Positions 49,719 to 59,664 of a stretch of 64,000 bases of DNA are shown piece by piece. A program made the translations under genes and the position numbers. The notes under the pieces were generated by a model. The model had not been told where the DNA came from. It saw nothing but the letters and a program-made list of their open reading frames with translations, and made no database searches. Position 1 is the stretch's first letter. Each line of letters starts with the position of its first letter. The DNA is from Amoebophrya sp. A120 (taxonomy: Eukaryota; Protista; Dinoflagellata): positions 6,311,207 to 6,375,206 of the forward strand of contig CAJINV010000005.1 in NCBI GenBank assembly GCA_905178155.1, given 5' to 3'.

Positions 49719-50696
49719 TTTGATTTTCTTGATAGAGCTAGAGGACTACTTGTACTTGCACACTACAAATACAAAAGCAAAAGAACTTCCGATAGATATA
49801 CGCAATAATACGTTTGTTCTTTCCGAGAGAAGAGAAGTTATAGCTAAAACCTTTTCTTTCGAACAGAGGACTGCGCAGGCTTTCTTTAGAACAGAGGACT
49901 GTTTAGACTTTGTATGGTCGTTTAGTTGCAATAGGCTATAGAAGTTGTCTGGGAGTATTTTTTCCAAAACGTGAGCACAATCTAATTCTAATAAAATAAA
50001 AAATTGAAATAATCCAATATTTTTGTCCAAAACAATTAAAACAAAACAAAGAGAAAGACCAATCGAATAAATCAAAACTCTGTAGAAATTATTGTTGCTA
50101 TGGAGATGATTTCTCGAGATAAGTAAGGTTACTTCCTTGTCTCGAAAACAAATCTAATAGCGTGCTAATACTATCCAAAAATCTTGTCACAAATTTTCTG
50201 ATTGGTCTTCTTGAGAAAGCAGAAGCACAGGATTTTTGTACTATCAATATCTTTCGATTTTTTCTGTTCGATTTGGAACGTCGTTGCGGTCCCGAGCTCA
50301 AACAAATGAACTTCGGCGCTGTAGAATGAAGTCAGATCAAGACTGGTTTATTTCTTGGCTCAAGACAACTTGAACTTGATTATTGTGAGGAGCTTTACTA
50401 GGATAATCAGGGGCCTGATCATGTTCGTGTTTTAGTGAAGAAACATTCTGTGAAGAATGTCGCCACTTTTGATACTACTTATTGTCCTTGCATCGCTCTC
50501 ATCAACATTTTGTCACTGAATTGCTAACTTCTTACCGACACTAGTGTCATTGTTTGACCGATAGGTGGTCTACAGTCGTTCCCCCGGACCACGTCGGAGG
50601 ACGGTGTTTGGAACGGCAAGGATCGATATATTGGTCGTTTATTCTTTTGGACCGACGATTTTTTCATCCCCAGTCCGGAACTACGGAGCCATCATT

Positions 50697-51004
50697 TATG
50701 GGAGTGTCAGGATTGAAATCGTCAAAGTTGAAACAACTTGTAATGCATAAAATCGATACCAGTTAGAAGCCCAATTTCCAAGCGGCGCATGACAAATTTG
50801 GGTAGAACCGAAATCCAGTTTGTAATGCTGTTTGGGTAAGGAAGACGCCTTTTGTCGTGCTACTTTAGCAGCTCTATTTCTACCCCGCAACAGGCTTACA
50901 GCCTGCCTCTCTTGCCTACTCTGCAAGACAGGCAATTTGTGGGTTGCATTTTATGCATCACAAACTATTTCAACTATGACGATTTCGGTCCTGACGCTTC
51001 CATA
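50697..51004. mobile_element. TIR introner F9, outside any recognised CDS
   Basis: TSD TCATT/TCATT; opposite orientation to the 48705 copy. Confidence 0.92.
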
Positions 51005-51445
51005 TCATTCACGATCTTAGTATCCTGTTCTTCATCTTGTACTATCGACAGCCTCGCTTATTTTCCTAGATATAGAAATCAGCATCAGCTAGTGTACAAC
51101 TGATAGGATATCATCTTCACAACTCCTGTCTGATGTGGCTTAGATTAGAAGATGAACATGTTGATCTGCAGTAGTTGTGACCACGAGAACACCACGATAG
51201 TTGCACTCCTGCATGGATAGAAATATTAAAACCTGCGCAGGAGCCCTGCAGCATCCATTTTTTGGCTTTTTCTTTATCGATCGAAACAACGCAGATGAAG
51301 CATAAAAAGTAGCTTGCTCTCTAAAGATTCCGTCTGGTTTTTTGTTTTTCTTCCCTGTACTATCTCCTGCGGTTTTCACAGACTTTCACTTTTTGCAAGA
51401 TCATACACAAAAAAAATACTTCGTTTCGATATTAAAATCCTTTTA

Positions 51446-54400
51446 CTAGAAGAAAATCGGTCGTTTCAACAGCATATGCATTGCAAATATCCCTGGATGT
51501 CTGGAAGGATGCGAACTTGTGACGCATGTAGTTGCGCATCATACAAAAATCTGTGTTGCGTGACTTCTTGCAAATAAAGGTGCTCACTTCTGGCCATGCT
51601 GAGGGGACATTTTCCATGCAGAACAGGCATCACAAGAAAGGAGCTGCAGATCCTGTGAAGATGCTAGGTCCTCCTGCAGTCCAGACTTGGTGGAGCTTGG
51701 AAAAACTGCATGACAAATCTCCGAATCTTCCAGACCCAGACACTTTTGCATTTGATACAGCACTTCATGAACAAAGAAGCTGAGAAGGTCCCTCGCCCGT
51801 ATGGCGTTCTCAAACGTTACATTCTCAACTGTTACATGATTTGTCATGCAAAATCACAATTAGAATTGATACGATCAAGCTGCTCCGCATCACAAATTCT
51901 CGAAGAGCCAAACAGGCTGAAAATCTGTGCCAAATCTGTCATGCTAGACGCGCAAGGCCACCCCTTCGACTTTTGCCATTCTTGCGTCACAAATTCATGT
52001 AACAGTTGAGAATGTAACAGTTGAGAACGCCATAGCCCGTATCGCTTGGTTAGCGACGAAATCCGAGAATTGCCTTCCCTGTTTGCGTATCAAAGACATA
52101 CATGTCTGGGTCTACTGGAAGATTGCAATACTCGTCGTGCAGATTTTTCATGACTCGTGAGGTGTGGAATGCAGGACCCAGCATGACAGACTCTGCGAGG
52201 CCTATATCATGCCAATGCCTATCGATCCTGCATGAAAAAGAACTCCCGCTAAACTTGCAGGTCAGAAGTGGCCAAATTTTGGTAAAGATCTTCACGCAAA
52301 ACAGATTTTTGCACGATGCAGACTTAGCATGACAAGTTGCAGTGTGTAGTTCCAGACCCAGATCGGTATCTGCAATGCATATCGCGCACAAAGGACTGGA
52401 AAGAACGACCTGTATGGTTGCTTTCGTGCTCTCCTTGTTGCCTGGTTTTCTTCCGGATGGCTTCAATTTTTTCCTTTTTCTCGAATATTCTGAGTAAAAA
52501 CGTCCCCACCCCAGAGCTGTCATGCAAATCTGCACGCCAGAAAAGTTTCTCAATTGGAGCCCCATGAGAGACATGCTCCCGCCGTGTTTTGAAATTTGTG
52601 ATGCTAGTATCAGCATGATATGCTAGATCTGCGACGCTTCCGAACTAGCTAAACAGGATTACACTACGAGGGTAGACTTCTTGTCATGCGAAACAGCCAA
52701 AGCTGGTTGATTTGTCTAGCAGATTTCCCATCTCTACTCTGGTGGGGGGACATTTTTCCTCAGGATATCGAACCTGGACGGTTTTGGAAACATGGTTTGG
52801 AAAAAGGTCGTATCCTGTGCAAAAGCATCGTACTCGTATAAATGCAAGTCTTCCATTACAAATCTTTTTCATAAGGCAAATCCGCATTACAAATTTTATT
52901 TCTCATGCTGAGGAAATTTGTAATGCATTTATACGAGTATGATACTTTTGCAGTTCATAGGTCGAGAATTTCTTCTCCGGCACATCTCCGTACTCCTTGC
53001 TGATTCCCTTGCCTTGAATATTCATGAAAAACGTTTTCTTCCGCTTCACGACCTCCGCCGGGTCACAATCGTTCGCCGCGCCATATCAAATGCAAAAATG
53101 TCTGGGTCTGGAAGAATGCATGTTTGTCATGCTTGTCTGGGATGTTGACTCTTAAATCTGTCATGCACGTTGCCAAAGTGCCCAGTTGTTCTGTCATGCA
53201 GAAACGCAGTTTGTCATGCAGACTAGGCAACACCTAGAAGCTCAGAAAGTTGTCATGCTGCGCCAGCACTTGTGGCCTCCTCCTGATACGCCACTCAGCA
53301 TCACAAGTTTCCAGACCCAGACATTTTTGCATTTGATACGCCACGGCTGTGACACAAGTGAAAGAGGTTGTTCTCGTTGAGTAGTCGGAACCGGTTCTCG
53401 GACAGGCAATCCGCGCAGCCGATTTGCATCGCGTGGCCGGCGATACAAACCGGATTGAAGTCGGCGTAGGAGTTTCTGTCATCTTGTTATCAACATGAAA
53501 AATCCCCCCTCCCCATATCAAAGTGGTAATCTGTGTTGCGGGATTTGTGTATGTCTTGCAGTAGAGGAGTGCAGGCAGATGCAAAGCCTGGAAGGGGCTG
53601 GCTAGAGGTGGGCGCTCAGCATCGCAGACGTCTGCCCTGTTGGCGCAGCAGCATTACAAACCGCCTGCGTAAAGTGGCGGAAGCTCTGGTGGCGTTGCTC
53701 TCTTGCAAGACAGACCGGATTTGTGAAAACAAATCAGCATCACAAATTTTCAGAAGGATGCTTTTTCGATATGGGGAGGGGGTGATTTTTCCTTACGATA
53801 CTTGTTCCCGGGCTTCCAGCGGCGCTTGAATAGAAGGATAATTGCTCTCCTCTCCATCTCCGCTGCTCGTACTACTAGGTGCTCCGCCGTCGGTACTAGG
53901 TGCTGTTCCGGCGGTGTGAAGATTTTTTTTACCTTGTTCCAGCAGAAGGGTGACTTGATCTGCCGATGCTTCTGCTATCTCACCACGCTTAGAAGAAGTG
54001 CCCTGCTCTGGTCCTGCAGGGTCGTCTATATCCACCTTCGTGCTCATCAACATCTTCTCGTCGTGTAGTTGTTGGTCGTGCAGATCTGCTGGCGAAATAG
54101 TTCTAGCTTTCCTACTTTTTTCCCTTCGTACTCCCTCTAGTACCGCTTGTTCTCCTTCGTGCTCTTGCTCTTCATTTGCTGGGGTCCTCGTGATGAAAAA
54201 GGATTCGTTATTCCCCTCGTCGTGGTCTTCTACTTCACTTCCGTGGGGGTTTACAACATTCCCGCCAGTAGTTGTCTTCGTTGATCTCGCCAAATTTTCG
54301 AAGAAGGCCACGGTCGTCTGCAACGCACACTTGCTCAACACTGACACGCTGTATGAACTGCAAAACTATCGTATTCGTATAAATGCATTACAAATTATTT

Positions 54401-57400
54401 CTCTGCATGAGAAATAAAATTTGTAATGCTGATTTACCGTAAGAAAAAGATTTGTAATGCAAGATTGCAATACGAGTACGATATTTTTGCACAGGATACG
54501 CCATGCAGTTCCGCGAACCCCGGGCGGTGGAGACAGTAGCCGGGCGGTATCGTGAGAAGGATCCCCCCTCCCCATACTCACAATGGAAATTTGTGATGCT
54601 GATTTGCGGCCACAAATCAGCTTTGTCTTGCATATGAGGCAAATGGGAGCCGCGTGGCGCACTCCACAGCCAAGCTGTCATGCGCTTTTGCCTACTGCAA
54701 AGCGGTCTGTCATGCCTGAGTGCTAACCTGAATTTGCATACCTAATCAGGCCTAGGAAATGCCTGCAAGCGCTGGCTGCAATACAGCGCTGATTTGTGTA
54801 CACAAATCCAGCAACATAAATTTTCGTTTCAATATGGGGACGGGGATTTTTTCACTTTGATAGGCGGGCCGTCGTCGCGCCCGTGCTTGTACAGCATCAG
54901 CTTGCCCGCTTTGTTATTCTGTGCACAAGTATCGCACTCGTATAATAAATGCAAGTCCTGCATCACAATCTTGTTCCCAAGGCAAATCAGCATTACAGAT
55001 TTTATCTCTCATGCTGAGGAAATTTGTAATGCATTTATACGAGTACGATACTTTTGCATTTCATATTTGTCAAAAAACGTGTTCTGGCCGTTGGCGAAGA
55101 AGTTTATTTTGGAAGACGTTGCCCCCCGCGTAGACAAACTTGTAGTTTCTTCTTCTTCATCACCCTGTTTTGGTATAATTATTTCCGGAGCTACCGCCGG
55201 AGCTGCTCCTGCTGCTGCAACGTCCTGCACCAGAAAATTGTCGTCGGGAAGGAAGTATGAATTGCAAAAGTAATATCGTACTTCGCCTATTAGTAATCGC
55301 AATCATGCATGACAAGCACAATAAATCTCTCTCTCAAGGTCAAGCTGAATCTACTGGATAATGACAAATTCCGTTTATCATTCTGTCATGCGATAGTTTT
55401 CTCACTAGGTACTATCGAATTTGCTTTTGCACATAGGATAGGAAGAGGAAAAACGGACTGAGATCGGGCAGAAACGCCATCGCTTGCTCTTTGCACAAAG
55501 TGTTAGCACTTTTCGTTTGGTGCACAACTTCGCCGTTATGTGATTGTTCTTTGTTCCCACAGGGTTCTACATAGACGAAACGGAGTTGCTTTTTCGTCCT
55601 CGCGGAAGTCGATTCCGAAACTTCTCGCTGCATGTCCTCCAGGGAGGTGCTCTGTTGTTTTTGTTCCTGGTAATTGTATAATGCGCTCTCCTGCAGACGC
55701 TGGTGATGTTCATCCTCTTGGGCAGCTGATGTGCGTAGAAGTTGACTACTGCTCTCCGAAGTAGATTCGGCTGCATTAATTCGATCCCGGCCCGCAGCGG
55801 CCTTAGCGAGCTTGATCTGCTGGTCTATGAGAGCGCACAACTCCGTCTCGTTCCCCTCATTTGCATTGCATGAACAGCAATACAGGCACCAGCACACATG
55901 GAGCCTGTACATGACAAACTCATGCACCTAGTGTAATACTGTTTGGGCTTCCGGAATCTGTCATGCATAATAGTGAGACAAGGGAGCAATTGGGATTGTG
56001 GATTTTGCATGAGAAATGAGACTGAGGGGGAGTTGTGCGCCGTCGTATGGTCGGTCAAAGAGACAAACTCCACAGTGGTTTCATCCAACCACGCCGGCGC
56101 CTTGTCCAGTTCTTCTCCCAGGATGAAAATCCTTCCGACCTGGTTCAGCAAGCCGAAGCGTTCGTAGGATATGGTATTCTCAACCGTTACCTTCTCAGCT
56201 GTTACATGAATCTGTAATGCAAGAATGGCAAAAGCGCAAGGGGGAAGATTGCAAAAATTGCATTACAAATCCCGCGCAGATTTAGGTCCTGTTTAGCCCT
56301 TCGCAAATTTGTCATGCGAAGCAGCTTGATCTTGTGGATCATGATGGTAGTTTCGCATGACAAATTCATGTAACAGTTGGGAATGTAACGTGTGAGAACT
56401 CCATATAGGATCGGAGTTGGTTGCGGAGGTCTTCGTCCCCGCCCTTGCTGCTCCAAAAAGTGACGACTATCCAACAAAAAAACACCATCACAATCACTTT
56501 TGCACATTTTTGCAATACAAAAATTTTTGTCATGCGCAAAAATGCATCACACACAGTCAAGAGTTAAAGGCGATTTTCCTTTGTGTTTTTGCAATACAAG
56601 AAAAATTTGTCATACGAGACAAATTTCTGATGCAAAACCTCCTAAGTGTGATTGTGATGGTGTTTTTTTCTTGGATAACGACGTCAATGGTTCTATTCCG
56701 CTGTGGAAGATGGTTGCTGGTGGACCGCAACATGCGGTCGTCTGGTCCTTGTGGTGCTCGTCCGGAGGAAGATGCTGTGTTAGAGCTTTAACACCCGCTA
56801 GCATGAGTAGCGGTGAATCTTTAGTGAATTTTGCATGACAAGTTGCAGAGTAGACTGCAGATGCGTTGTCCCTCTTGGTCTTCTGGGGAGTAGGTTCTGC
56901 ACGCTGCGCCAGAACGAAGTCGCGGCTCATGCGGCGGGCAGCTAGAAATAACCTGGGCGTTCTTGTTCTTTGGGCCATTTTTGCGCCTCCCCGTGCTTGC
57001 ATCAGAGCACTACAGCAGCATGGCAAAGCACCAAAAAGAAAGGCGGCGAAACGCATGCAACTACGCAAAAAGGCGCGAGAGCAAGGGCGAAAGGACCAGG
57101 CCGGGAGCTTTGACGCGTCTATCCGGCAGGCGTGTGAACTCTCCCGGCCTTTTCGGCAGAATATAGACGGGCTGAGGGCAGCAGAGGGCGCTTGTCTTTT
57201 CCCTCCGGCCCCACTTCCCAGGGCCTATTTGCGGACTTCCTTGAGCACTTTCTCAGGCAGACGCGCAGAAGAGTAAGAGCCACCCGATCCACCTTCTTTG
57301 GTTACATACGCACTACACAGCCCGGCGAGCCCCCGCAAGACCACTTCTTTCGGTCCTGCAAGCGCCACCACGCGACGAGCAGCCCTTCACGCTATGTGGG

Positions 57401-59664
57401 ATGCTTGGGCTCGTGTCCATACCTAGCGCACTTCTCTTTTAAGTACTTACTTAAATGCAAGTCATGCAATACAAATTCAGTGGAAATTCACCCTTCTGTA
57501 CGCTAACGACCGTCCAAGGCATAATCCGCAACATGCGGTCGTCTGGTCCTTGTGGTGCTCGTCCGGAGGAAGATGCTGTGCTACCTCCGAAACGTTCGTA
57601 GGATATGGTGTTCTAAAGCGTTACCTCCTTCTCAGCTGTTACCTGAATCTGTAATGCAAGAATGGCAAAAGCGAAAGGGGGAGGATTGCAAAAATTGCAT
57701 TACAAATCCCGCGCATATTTAGGTTCTGTTTAGCCCTTCCCAAATTTGTCATGCATACCCGACTGCACCACATCGAAAACCTTTGCACCGTCGCCGAAGC
57801 AGCTTGATCTTGTGGATGATGATGGTAGTTTCGCATGACAAATTCAGGTAAAAACAGTTGGGAATGTAACGTTTGAAAACTCCATATAGGATCGGAGTTG
57901 GTTGCGCAGATCTTCGTCCCCGCCCTTGCTGCTCCAAAAAGTGACCACTATTCAAGAAAAAAACACCATCACAATCACTATTGCACGCTTTTGCAGTACA
58001 AAAATTTTTGTCATGCGCAAAAATTAAAATGCATCACAGTCAAAATTTCTCCGGGTTTACCCTTCTGTTTTTGCAATACAAGAAAAATTTGTCATGCGAG
58101 AAAAATTTCTGATGCGAAACCTCCTAAATGTGATTGTGATGGTGTTTTTTTCTTCGATAACCACGTCAATGGTTCTACTACTCCGCTGTGGAAGATGGTT
58201 GCTGGTGGTGGACCGCAACATGCGGCTATGGGGTTCTCAGCCGTTACATTCTCAATTGTTACATGAATTTGTCATGCAAAAGCACCATCATCATCCACGC
58301 GATCAAGCTGCTTCGCATGACAAATTTGCCTAGGGCTACACAGCACCTAAATCTGTCCGGAATTTGTAATGGTACAGGCGCAACCCTCCCCCTTTCACTT
58401 TTCCCTTTCTTGCATCACAAATCCATGTAACAGTTGAGAATGTAACAGTTGAGAACGCCATAGCGGTCGTCTGATCCTTGTGGTGCTCGTCCGGAGGAAG
58501 ATGCTGTGCTACCTCCTATCCCGGGGAAAAATCCCCCCCCCATATCGAAAAGGTATGTTTCCGAAAATTTGTGTTGCTGATTTGAGGTCACAAATCACAT
58601 TTGTCTTGCAAGAAGACAAGGGCAGAAGCTTCCGCCCCACTATGGAAGGGGTTTGCCATGCTGTTGGCCCTAAAAGTGACCCGCTTGCCATGCTGAACAA
58701 CTAGACCCATACGCCCCTACCTAGCATGGGGATTTGGCCGCAGTGCCTCTCTGCAATACAAACCTGATTTGTGTACACAAATCCAGCATCAGAAATTCCG
58801 TTTTGATATGGGGAGGGGGGATTTTTCCTTTCGATACCTCCATGCAGCTCCTGGCACTGCTTCCCGATCTCGTCCCCCAGTAGCTCCAAGGCCACGTCCT
58901 CCTCGAAATTCTTTTTCGGATTATTGGTCAACCGATACAGCTTCTGCAACTGCGCATCGCTGAGATGCTGCCGCTTCTGCTGCACAAATTGCTTGAGGGA
59001 AAAGCTCATCGTATCCAGCTGCCGGATCGGGGCGAGTTGCTATTAAACAAAAAAGTGTTAACGTTAACGGTTTCCGCAGATGGCAGTCACGCATTACAAA
59101 TTTTGCCTTCCATGCATGCTACGCAATACAAATTTGGGCAGCTTGTTTTCTGGTGCATTACTGCATCACAAATTCCGTCAACGGTAACACTTTTCGTTGT
59201 GATAGTTGCCTCGATGAAGATGCTAACTTTATTTGCTGGTGGGAGGTACTTGTCTGCTTCTGCTTGCTCAAGCTCATCATCCCCGAAGCTGCACGCCCGG
59301 TCGTGGAGGACGTGGATAGGGAATTCTTCTTCGTGGTAGTTCTTTCCATTTTTGCGGTCTTGGAAGATGCTGTGGACGTCGACCTTTTCAACATCTGGTG
59401 CGCTGCGGTCTTCGCCTTCTGACTTTTCGACTTGGACGAGGCCCCCATCTCCATGGCGGCCACTTGGTGTATTTTTATTTGTGCGGGCGAAAAAATATTG
59501 CACGCTGTCCAGTGAAGGTCTTGATCATGCGGCAAGAAAAAGAGGACCACGACGTGTTTCAACATTTTTCTCACTGCCGACAGAAAGCTTGTTCTTCTTG
59601 TTGTGCGGATGAAGTGGCCGCGGGAGGACATGATCTTCACGGCAACAGCAGCACGAGACTGCAT
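51446..59664 (-). CDS. Stealth-family protein (putative hexose-1-phosphate transferase, GNPTAB/CpsY-related), ~943 aa; 19 introners, a 746-bp insert and an internal tandem duplication
   Basis: Spliced motifs TIDVVTFW (CR1), DEDLRNQLRSYERF..RIFIL..PAWL..LPDLSPFFLFLPDDNFL (CR2), FFMNIQ..FFQTMFPKPSRFE (CR4). Hydrophobic N-terminal stretch. Start uncertain. Confidence 0.78.
51475..51757. mobile_element. TIR introner F2
   Basis: TSD CAGCA/CAGCA. Confidence 0.93.
51800..52034. mobile_element. TIR introner F8
   Basis: TSD GCCCG/GCCCG, frame restored. Confidence 0.95.
52088..52381. mobile_element. TIR introner F2 (degenerate)
   Basis: TSD TTGCG/TCGCG, frame restored. Confidence 0.88.
52486..52767. 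mobile_element. TIR introner F7
   Basis: TSD TCGAA/TCGAA, frame restored. Confidence 0.94.
52811..52959. mobile_element. TIR introner F1
   Basis: TSD GGTCG/GGTCG, frame restored. Confidence 0.95.
53084..53338. mobile_element. TIR introner F2
   Basis: Perfect ~29-bp TIR, TSD CGCCA/CGCCA. Confidence 0.96.
53488..53800. mobile_element. TIR introner F3
   Basis: TSD CTTGT/CTTGT, frame restored. Confidence 0.94.
54352..54498. mobile_element. TIR introner F1
   Basis: TSD CGCTG/CGCCA, frame restored. Confidence 0.9.
54548..54862. mobile_element. TIR introner F3
   Basis: TSD GGCGG/GGCGG, frame restored. Confidence 0.93.
54915..55065. mobile_element. TIR introner F1
   Basis: TSD TTTGT/TTTGT, frame restored. 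Confidence 0.94.
55256..55440. mobile_element. TIR introner F1 (degenerate)
   Basis: TSD GGAAG/GGAAG; splits Stealth CR2 (FLF|LPDD). Confidence 0.9.
55826..56047. mobile_element. TIR introner F11
   Basis: IR GCGCACAACTCC, TSD TGGTC/TGGTC, frame restored. Confidence 0.88.
56170..56405. mobile_element. TIR introner F8
   Basis: TSD TAGGA/TAGGA, frame restored. Confidence 0.94.
56468..56677. mobile_element. TIR introner, family F10 (AAAAAACACCATCACAATCAC)
   Basis: TSD ACGAC/ACGAC, frame restored. Confidence 0.95.
56725..57580. mobile_element. 746-bp insert (56780-57525) flanked by exact 55-bp direct repeats of Stealth coding sequence
   Basis: Identical 55-mers at 56725-56779 and 57526-57580. 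Interior has imperfect subterminal inverted repeats (GGTGAAT..TGAATTT..TGCATGAC) bracketed by CGCTA/CGCTA (56801-57500). Confidence 0.7.
57604..57886. mobile_element. TIR introner F8 (paralog of the 56170 copy, with extra internal segment)
   Basis: TSD TAGGA/TAGGA, frame restored. Confidence 0.93.
57949..58159. mobile_element. TIR introner F10 (paralog of the 56468 copy)
   Basis: TSD ACCAC/ACCAC, frame restored. Confidence 0.94.
58227..58462. mobile_element. TIR introner F8
   Basis: TSD GCGGC/GCGGT; empty paralogous sites nearby. Confidence 0.95.
58517..58836. mobile_element. TIR introner F3
   Basis: TSD CCTCC/CCTCC, frame restored. Confidence 0.95.
59041..59204. mobile_element. TIR introner, F5-like
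   Basis: TSD GTTGC/GTTGC, frame restored. Confidence 0.9.

Noticed and set aside
7751-53338. Recurrent GTCTGGGTCTGGAA repeats separated by unique sequence, read as a CRISPR array
   Set aside because: The repeats are inverted pairs bounding ~260-bp elements, the unique segments are in-frame exons of variable length, and there are no cas genes.
22917-58836. Many short ORFs sharing peptides such as KMSGSG, FQTQTFL, YGEGGFF and VRYFC as a protein family or transposase
   Set aside because: They are translations of introner TIRs. No DDE or other transposase-like ORF was found in the window.
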